Assembly (NCBI GenBank): GCA_044892525.1
Contig: CM097886.1
Coordinates: forward strand, 82,026,001-82,090,000
Length of the DNA stretch: 64,000 bases
Source of the DNA: Schmidtea polychroa
Lineage: Eukaryota
Reading direction: 5' to 3'
The notes under the pieces are model-generated. The model worked only from the letters and a program-made list of their open reading frames with translations, ran no database searches and was not told the DNA's origin. Position numbers and translations under genes: made by a program. The first letter of the stretch is position 1. Every line of letters begins with the position of its first letter. Below are positions 25,360-35,800 of this stretch, piece by piece.

Positions 25360-25719
25360 TTATTGGCTGGAAGAGTCGGCCTCTTGTCCGCCTTCTTCCC
25401 TGCTGGTTAACCATTCTGACCAGCCTTCTATCTCCTCTCGCTCCATTTCTTCCGCGATTCTTATTAACTCCTCTTCTTGCACCTGGCTGTATCGTGATAT
25501 TCGGTCTATCTCTCGCTGCATTTGTTCTATTTTTATTCGTTGATCTTCGATTATTCTTACATAACTGAAGCCTTTATTTAAACTTTCGACTAAGCTTCTT
25601 TGTACAGCGAGTCCTTGTTCCTGTAAATTTGAAATCACTTGAGTTAACATTGCACATTGTTGTTTCCACATCTCCTCGGTTGTTGTACTGTGATTTACTT
25701 CCTCGCCTATTCGCTCCAT
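25360..25719 (-). CDS. 119-aa accessory coiled-coil/acidic protein, orphan
   Basis: First ATG at 25719 (the ORF track starts at TTG 25743); amphipathic heptads; lies between the polyprotein stop and TRAF on the same strand. Confidence 0.65.
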   Translation of the reverse strand: MERIGEEVNHSTTTEEMWKQQCAMLTQVISNLQEQGLAVQRSLVESLNKGFSYVRIIEDQRIKIEQMQREIDRISRYSQVQEEELIRIAEEMEREEIEGWSEWLTSREEGGQEADSSSQ

Positions 25720-25887
25720 TCTTAATTTATATATACTTTTCAATCCTTATCTAATTTTATTTTCATATTAATTATCCCCATCATTATATACTATTGATAC
25801 CGCGCTTATATAAAAATATAGAATACTGTTATATAAATAAATATTACCTACTTACTTTTTACAATCTATATACAGTCATAATCCTTT

Positions 25888-26890
25888 CTATATACGTGAG
25901 CTTGGAGGGCGCTGAGCATTCCAGGCCTCCACCCACTGTTCCTGCTTGATATTACTTGGTCGTTTTACATGATGTTGAAAATTTCTTATTCTGGCCATTT
26001 CTAGTTCTCCGCGATGCCGTCTATCTTTGATTATTTTTATTGTCCCCCCCGTTATGATTAAAAAGGCCCCTGTTATTATTATGCCGCTGATCCACATCAT
26101 CTGTTTTACGCTTATAATTTCCGCTTTTTCCTTGCTCGTTAGTGTTGATATTGCTTCTGTGCTTTTTAGATTACCATCTTTGCCATTTCCTTTCATCATT
26201 TCTCGTATTCTTGCTATTTCCTCGTTCATACCTTCCTTTGCCATTTTTTGTATTTTCTCCATCTCCTCCTCGGATACATAATTGTCTTGATGTTTCTCAC
26301 TGTTTTTCTTGCGTTTTCCTTGCTCATCTTTTTCATCATTGATTTTTCTTTTCTTCCCTCTTTTCCCAGGGTATCGTCGACATTCTCTCGCTGTATCTTT
26401 TCTCCAGATGCATATTGTGTATTCTTTTGGAGGTTGTTGCTGTATTACATATTGTAGACAGTCTTCCCCCGGTCTTAATCTTGCAATGCAGACTTTGTGT
26501 TCTTTTCTTGGCTGGAGTTGCGTTATCACTACCTCACCTCCTTTTCCCAGATGTACCTCCTTCCCTTTGACTTTCGTTATTCTCTTTCCGTCTCGATTTC
26601 GATATGCTTCTTGTATTCTTACTTCCGTTATTGGTTCTGCATCTTCATTTTTTAACACTAGTCTCTGATAAGCTCTAGACATACATCTTCCTAATATACA
26701 CCTTTCTTTTAAATCCCATTCTTCTTTTAGATCCCATTGCTGCTCTTGTACTTGTTTTTTCTTTTCTTGTTTTAGTTCTTCCTCTTTGTTGTCCTTATTT
26801 TCCGTTTCTTTGGCTTCTTTTATCGTTCTCATTCCTCCCTGGGCTGTTATCATTTCCACCATTGTTAATACGAGTATCATTATCATCATA
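25888..26890 (-). CDS. Polyprotein C-terminal type-I membrane module
   Basis: Signal-like MMIMILVLTMVEMITAQ, Cys-containing ectodomain, TM MMWISGIIITGAFLIITGGTIKII, basic tail. Confidence 0.65.
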
Positions 26891-29800
26891 TTTGTCTCCA
26901 TTTCTTTGTTGGTAAAAAGTAGACATACCCTCTGTTTTCCATTATTCGTCTTTTCTTCTTGCTTTATTTGGTTTCTCGGGTTGTTTTCCTCTTTTTTCCT
27001 ACTCGCGTCGTTATTTTCTTGATTATTCTCCTCTGATTTCTCTTTCTCTTTATTCCCGTTTCGACTTTTTCCATTATTATCGTCGTCTTTATCGTCTTTA
27101 TCTCCCCCGCTATCGTTTAAAATGTCGTCCTCGACATTTATATCATTCAACAATCTGCGGTATGCCGTTAGCACCCTGTTTCTTGCTAATTTTGCTTCGA
27201 ATTCGAACTCCTTTCTGCCTGTTGCTACATGTCTCTTTCTATTCCATTCTTTCACTAATTCTCTTAATTGTATCCGACGATGTTTCCCGATTCGCTTTTG
27301 TTCGTTTAGATTCTGCGTGAATTTGAGATCTTCCCTGTTTAATACGATCATTATGATTTTCGGAGTTCCTCCTTTTGTTAGTGTATTTTTAACCATAGCA
27401 TTTTCTCCGTTTTCGTAGAACTCATTTATATTTATTGCATATTTATTGCTTTGTGGTATTCTCCATGTTAGCAATAACTTCATGGCTTCTAAGTTCATCC
27501 GTATCGTGTTCCATTGGAATTGTGACGTGTTTTTACAGATATTTTCTACCTCAGCTCTTATAGCATTTTTACAAATGAATCTAATCATTTCCAAGTTTGG
27601 TTGTATCGTTGCCCAATCCATGGTAGATTTTCCTTCGTTTGATATTTCGTCAAGTCTCGAACCTGATTGATGTAGTATATGTAAGGTTTTCGGGTGTATC
27701 TTTGTTATTGCTGCATACATCATTGCTGTTTCTCCTTGTTCATTTTTTGTATTAGATTTTTCTCCGAAGTCTCTAAGGATTCTTATGATGGTTATTGCTC
27801 TGTTTTCTTTTGCTGCTAAAATGGCTTGTTGTAATGGTGTTCTTGAGTCTTTTGTTGGTAAGGTGAATGCTAGTGGTATAAATGTTTTTATTTTTCCTAT
27901 GTCTAGATTTGTGGTCTGATCTCTTGCGTAGGTGTGTACTGTTTTGGTTATTTTTGCTAGTATCGCTTCATCTGATAGATCTTGCATTTCTTCAAAGAAT
28001 ACTTCTTTAGCCTTGCGTACTACTATCTCTTGGTCGGAGTTTATTGTCTTTGGTTTACTTGTTGTTGCTATATCGGTTATTGGTTGATCGACTTGTTCCT
28101 CAGACTCTCTTGCTTTTACTTTCTTTATTTTTATCTTTTTCTTGTTCGAACTGTTAATGCGTTCCTCCGCCGTTAGAACTTGAATAATACTTAGGTAGTT
28201 TTCTCGAATGTTATTCATAGTTTCCATCATATGTAAAACACTCACGGTGTCCCAAAATTTTACTTGTACTTTATCGGTAAATTGAGATATAGCTTTTTCG
28301 AAGTTGGTAATTCGTTTTCTGATTAGTTGTTCGTCTTTGTGATTTGAGAACTTTATGCCACGTTGTAGTAGTTGATTTGGAATTTCGAATAGGTGATGTC
28401 CTCTCATCGCTTCTCTCATCAAGGTGTTTTCCCCTTTGGTAAATGTTTCGTTTATATCTACCATATAATCGTTTTTTATCGGGTTCCTCCATGCAATTAG
28501 TATTCCAGTAATTGTTGTTAATTTCTCTTTGATTGCAGTTAATAGCCCGTCATACATGTTTCCTATCTCTCTATTATCCTCGTATGATATTAGATCTACT
28601 AAGATTATGAAGGCTTCCGTACTTTTCCCTTCGATTGCATGATGTAGTGCATTTTTCTGGCTGTGGTCTTGTGTGGTTATCTTTGACCCAGTTTCAAGTA
28701 ATGCGATGATAATATCTTTAGCTTTATCCCGATTGGCTGCAATCATTAGTGGAGTGTAACCTTGGTTGTTTTCTTGATCCGTCGAAATGTTACAATCGCG
28801 AAATGCTTCGATCGTTTCCAGTATTTGTTCATTATTCCCGACCTTTAAAAGTTTGTGCAACGGTGTATCTCCATAATGGTCTGTGATCGTGAATAATATA
28901 GGCCATTGACCTTTAACTACCCTGAGCAATGGGTGTGTTCTTTCTCGATTTGCATAGTTTTCTATCATTGTTAGCAGACCTCCCAATATCTCAAAATCTA
29001 ATCTGTCTTTTGCCCATCCAGGCATTTTAACTTTTACTTCCTTTATGATTTTCTCGGCTTCTGATGGTTGTAACCCTAATCGATTACCTGTTGGTTCGTT
29101 TATCTGCTGTAACATGTTTATTCTATACGTTTGTGATCTTGTCGTTAATGTACGTCCTTCTGGCTGACTGGTGGCGGTTTTCGGAATTGGCTTACATCGT
29201 GCAACATTTACGTATATTGGTCTTGTAAAAGGGTTGTTCACTAATCGTACTCTTACATTAGTTTCTCCGACGAATAGAATCTCATACGGACCTTTACCGT
29301 TTCGTTGTAATTTTTTGGTGGTTCCTGGAATTAATTCTGGTGTTTCGATCATCACCCAATCGCCTGTTTGAAACGTATGCTGTTTGACGTTTTTCTTTCT
29401 ATCATGTAGATCTTTGTAACTTTCTTGATAAAATTTTATATTCAATCCTGCAGTTTCCCAGATTTCCTGCATTCTTTCCTTGAACTTGGTTACATAATCG
29501 TCTATTTCCATGTATTGTGATATTGGTGGCTGATATTCTAAATCCATTGGCATATTGCATTCTCTGCCGTACATCAACTTAAACGGACTCATCTTTGTGG
29601 ACGCGTGAATCGACATTCTGTAAGCCATTAAACATAATTTTATATACTCGTCCCAGTCGCGTTGATGACGATCGACATAATTTGATAACATTTGAATCAG
29701 TGTTCCATTGAATCTTTCTGTCATACCATTAGTTTGTGGATGGTACGGTGATGTTCTTAATTTTGCGATCTTGAAGTAGTTGGTGACTTCGCTCATTATT

Positions 29801-32800
29801 TCGCTCATGAAATTTGTTCCTTGATCAGTTAATATCTGTTTTGGTGTTCCATATCGACAGCATATCTCCTCTACTAGTATTTTTGCGATTGTTTTTGCTT
29901 TCTGATCTGCCATAGCGAATGCTTCGGGGAATTTCGTCAAATAATCTGTGATTACCAATATATATATATTTCCTCTATCTGATTCTGGTAGTGGACCGAC
30001 TACGTCCATTGGTATCATTGTCATTGGTTCTGCTGGTACTGGCATTGGCTTTAATGGTGCTCTCCATTTTGTTCCCGTGTTTTTCCTGGTTGCGCAAGTT
30101 ATGCAATTTTTCACCCATTCCGTTACATCCTCGGTCAATGTAGGCCAAAAATACTTTTGTTTCATTCGTGCCAACGTCTTTTTAGATGACATATGTCCTC
30201 CGAGTCTTCCGTCATGGTATTGTGTTAGCAGCTCTTTACGTCTATTCTCGGGAATGCACATCAGTCTTTTCTCGCCATCCATTATCAACAACCAGTCTTT
30301 CTCGATAATATATCGATGTCGATGTTTATCCATATGCTCCTTCAGTTTTTGATCTTTCTCATATACCTCTGCTTTCCCTGTTTTCACATATTCAATGATT
30401 TGCTTCAACTCTGTATCCTCTTGTTGGTCTTTCCGTAATTGGCAAAAATCTAAATCTTCTGCTACCATCAGACATATTCGTTGCATTTCGTGGTCTACTA
30501 AATCTGGAAAGATAAATCTGGACATACAATCCGCATTGGCATTCGCTCTTCCCGCTTTGAATTTTATGAACGGTGAATATTCTTGTAACTGCATTGCCCA
30601 TCGCATCAATCTACTTGAAGCTTCTTTGTGTTGACCAAGCCATACTAATGGTTGATGATCCGTGGTGATACATATTTCGTGTCCCCATAACAAATATCGA
30701 AAATGTTTAATTGCTTGTATGATTGCTAACGCTTCTCTCTCGGTTACGGAATAGTTTTTCTCGTGCTTTTTAAACGTTCTGCTGTAGTATCCAATCACTC
30801 TTTCTTTTCCCTCTTCATCCAATTGTCCTAATATTGCTCCGGCTGCATATCCACTTGCATCTGTTGCTAATAAGAACGGTTTCTTGAAATCAGGATGTAC
30901 TAGTATTGGGGCTTCAATTAATTTATCTCGCAATGTCTCAAACGCTTTTTGTTGTTCTGCACCCCAAATAAATGAAATATCCTTTTTCACTAATTCCTGT
31001 ATTGGTTTCGCAATGCCTGCATAGTTTTTGATGAATTTTCGATAATATCCGCATAATCCGAGAAATTCTTGAACTTGGGTGACAGTTTTTGGTGCTGGAC
31101 ATGTTTTTATTTTTTCTATGTTTCTTGGATCTGGTTCTTTGCCTTTTGCTGACACTATGTGTCCTAAGAACGTAACTTTTTCTTTTGCCCAATCACATTT
31201 GGATGGTTTAAGTTTCAGTTTCCATTGTCGTAATCGAACGAACACGTTTCTGATATCTTCCAAATGTTGTTCGAATGTTGCTGAATATATTAATAAATCA
31301 TCAATATATACCATACACTGCTTGATCCCGTGTGTGACAAAATTCATACATCTCTGGAATGATGCTGGGGCATTGGTCAGTCCGAACGGCATTTTCCTGA
31401 ATTGGTATAGATCTCGGCCCAATGTGAATGCTGTTTTCTCTTTGTCTTCCTCTTTAACTTTGATCTGCCAATATCCGCTTTTTAGATCTAAAGATGTAAA
31501 ATATGCGGCCCCCTGCAGCATAAGTAACATCTCATTGATGTCTGGTAATGGGTATGTGTCTCTTTTTGTTACTGCATTTAATTTCCGATAATCGATACAG
31601 AATCTCTGAGTACCATCTTTTTTCTTCACCATGACTACTGGAAATTGCCATGGCGAACAACTTGGTTCGATCACTTGTGCATCTAGCATTTTTTGTACTT
31701 CGGCTTCGGCTATCTCTTTTTGCTTCTCTGCTAGTTTGTATGGACGTAGTGCGATTGGAGTTTCGTCTATTAATGGTATTGCGTGTAGTGTAACATCGCA
31801 TGCTCCCAAATCTAAATCCGAAATTGCGAATATATCTTTATATTCTATCAATAATTGTTGAAGTCTTTCCTTTTCTTCTCCCGTTAGCAAGGTGCTATCA
31901 ATTATCCATAATTCGTCAGCTTTCGTTGTTTCGTTGGTGATTTTTGGTAATTCGATGTCTATCATGGGTGTCAATCTACCCAATCTTTCATTTTCATATA
32001 TGATCTTATCTTCTTCCTCGAAATTTGTGATGTTAATTGGTATTTCCCCGTCTTCATTTATTGTTATTATTTCTCTTGCTAATGGTAATTCTCGTCGTTT
32101 TTCGAATGATTTGCTTGGCTCAAAAATGACTTCTCCTTCCATTCCTGTATCCACTTTTATTTGACATATCATCTGTGATTTTGCGGGTACAATTATTTTC
32201 TCCGGACATCTAATTATTGCGTTCATCTTGCATATTCTACCCATTTTGTCTTTTAGACACATTGTTGTTAAATCGATTACTACTTCCTTGAACAATTCCG
32301 GCATTAAATCCGTTCCGATTATACATGGTTCACTCAGTTTGGGTATCACCGCTAGATACGTTTCAATTTCGTTATCCTGATATCGTAACGTAGTCCACCA
32401 TCTTCCTACTACGTCTACGGTTTCTTTACTGCATGCAATAATATGGATAGTTGTTTGTTCGATATCTTTCCAACATTTACTGGGTATTTGGTTTATTGCT
32501 ATTGCTGATACATTTGCTCCGGTATCTATCATTGCACTTGTCTCTTTCCCGTTGATTTGGATCATGACTGTTACTGCCGCACCTCCTGGTGAACTCATCA
32601 CTGCTATTGTTCTTACGTCGTCCGCTTGGTCTACACTTTTCGTTCTTCGGGTCGGCATATAGTTCATATCTGGTTGACTTGGTAATTGTGGATACATATT
32701 TGGTGTCATGGTCAAAGCGGTTTGTTGTCCAACGATATCTGGTGGTATATAACTTCCGTTGGCTATCCAGGTATTTGTTTTTTCTTTTTCCCAATATGGT

Positions 32801-35800
32801 GCTGTTTCTATTGGCTTTTCATTCGGGTTTCTACTTGGATATGGGTATTTGTCATTCCCGTTGTCGTCATCATCACTATCGCTGCTGTTTGATCGATTCC
32901 TAAATCTGTCTAAGAATTTTGGTTTGTTCTTTTTCAGTTGCGTCCTTGTTGCTTCATCATACATTGTTTTCCGAAATCGTCTACCGACTTCCTCGTCGGT
33001 TCCTTTTATTTTTGTCAATATTTTGATCAATCGTTTTATTCTATGTATGTCCTTAGAATGACCGTGCAACACCATTGTTTTTGCCAAAAATGGTAGAAAA
33101 CCTACTATCAATTTCCAATTTACCTTCTTTTCTCTCTTATAGATATCAAAACACGCTAACATTTGAGTCAATATTACTCTAACAATCTGTATAATAAGAA
33201 TGATTCCCAATATTCCTGCCATCATTTGGCCGAACACTAGAAATCTTCCCCACATTGCTTTCATCATGTTTGACGTGGCTTGTTGAAAATGATCGGGTGA
33301 CAATAATAGTTCGTAATTGGGGCCTGACTGGAAATTCGTTCCCCCAGTTATGGTAACCATATTCGATAGAATGGATTCCCGTCTTGCTGGGAATAATACG
33401 TTTAATCGTGCCGTTTCTAAATCCTCGGGTGAGTACATACCGGCCTTTGACACATCAATTGGTTTGAAATCTTGTTCTGTTGCGAGTTCTATCAGTCCAA
33501 ACTTTTTAGGCTCTTGTACTTCGGTTTTTACTGGTAACATTATCCATTTCCCATCGGGTTTTTCATATAACGGTCCGTATGCATTTGAACAGTTAAAGGT
33601 GTTCGGATAAAATCCAATTGGGTTCATTATCCTAGTGACGGGTTGAACGAATCTGTTTCGCCCTTTGTAGCTAATTTCTAACTCGTTTGCACATTTCCCT
33701 GGTGGAATTGTGGGCTTTCTTGGCAGTCGCGCAAATGTCTTGGTACATGCATATGTATACATTACCTCTCCCACCATTCTACCAAAATGTCCATCCGGTA
33801 ACGGGAGTGATGGCATTGTGTTATCTGGGTGTGTTATTGCGATGGCTAATTTTGTTTTTAGTATCTCTTTATTCAATGAACAGTCATTTTGTATAAGATC
33901 GTAATACACTTTTTGCATTGTCGTTTGTCCTCGGTGAAATAAAAAGTCCATTTTGTTATTGGCGTACAGGTACAATTTTACGTCCTCTGTTGCTACCTTT
34001 CCCACTGCTCGGTCTATTACTTGCCTGGACATGTAGATACCTGCGTAGTTCGTTCGATATACTATACTGTCACATTTGGTGGTCTCTTTCTCTCTGATAA
34101 ATCTCATACCGATATCTGGGTCATCTGTAATTAATGCCGTTGGTGTTTTTTGGGTTGTGAGTCTCTTTTCTTTGGGGGATGGCGGAACTGGTTTCCCATT
34201 TCGCATCCTTACGTTTCCATTCTCTTCATCGTCATCCTCGTTTTCGTAAATTTCTCCTTTTACTTCATTGAATAGAGCACTTTTTAACAATTGGAGTCGG
34301 CATTTTTGGGTGTTAGCTTCATATATTATAGTCGAAATTCCCGTTCTACACACGTTTTCCGTAGCTCGGCATGCTGGGTTGGTTTTCATTTGATAGTTGT
34401 TTGCGTCGAATTGTGCTTCGTATTCCTTCAACTCCACTGTGTAGGACTCAATTACTACTACTCCTGATATCACCTCTCCTCTGATCGTATATGTGCCTCC
34501 GTTACATGATCCATCAGTTGATTTTACTCGTCCGGCGACATAGATACTTTCTGTCTTGATCATTCCGCTTTGTCCGTGTATTGTTACTCCATCCCTGATT
34601 CTCATCGCTCCGGTTCTAAAAAGCTCTTTACAGTCTTCCCGTTGTATAGGTACTATTTCTTTATCTAATCCAGGTAATATGAGGGTTGAATATGAGTATT
34701 GTCCACAGTAATATGCCAACACTTTCTTCGATACTACGCATTCTCTAGCTTGCGTTCTAATGAAATCTGATTCTTGGTATACGTGATAGGAGACTTTCTT
34801 CTTTACTATATCTAATTTATTCGGAGATGCCTGTCTACATTCCTCTATATCTCTCAGGGAGTATCTTTCTCCTATTATCGAATTGTCACAGTCGTAAATT
34901 GTAAATCCAGCTGCTCCACTGGTGCAGAGCATCCATATCATCATGGTCATCATTAGTGAATTAATCGACGCTTTTCTGCTGGCTGGGTCTTTCAATGGCA
35001 ATTCCCATTCCAGCTCGTTTAGCAATTTCTTCAACCGAATTTGCATTGATCTCTCTTGCTCGTTTTTTCGTGGCGCTTGTATGAGTCTTTTCCACCCACC
35101 GGCGCGGATAATATGTGGTTCGATTGTATTTTCAATGATTGTGACGGTCATTTCTACATGATTTGCGAATTGTTTGTTAGGTATTTTCCTTGCTGCTAAT
35201 CCCATCAAATTGTACATTAGATACGTTAATACTACTAAATGATGTTCGTCGTCGTTTGCGTTTAAAGTTAATTGTTCAATTACTCTTCTTGTCTCTTCCC
35301 AATCGGTTTTAGTGGTTTTGGTCTTCTCTTTGATTAATTTCGGAATTATTCCGGATATTGTATTCCATAGTTGTCTGGCGTCTACGCTTGCTACTTTTCG
35401 TTGCCATAACCGTCTCAATTGCGGGTTCGTTATTATTAGCATATCTTTTACTAGCTCTCGTATCCATTTTTCGCCTCTTTCGATAGTTGGCTGGGCCTCT
35501 TTTAGATCCCACACTATTTTATCCAGTTTCTCCAATCTGACTTGTCCTTGTTCTTGTTTCAACTGTTCTCTGGTTTTAAATTCCGGTTTTTCTCCTTGCT
35601 TCTTGGGTCTCCCTTTTGCCCGTTTCTCCATCATTGTTCCGGCTTCCCTGGTATTTTCATAATTCGGGTTTCTCTCGTTATCCGTTCTTGGCAATGAGCT
35701 ATCGTTGTTTCTCAGCCATTCGTTCCATTCGTCTATTATTTTGTCCGTTTGACCTTCTGGTGTTGCTTTCGTTGGTACTTTCTGTCGTTGGAATTGTTCG

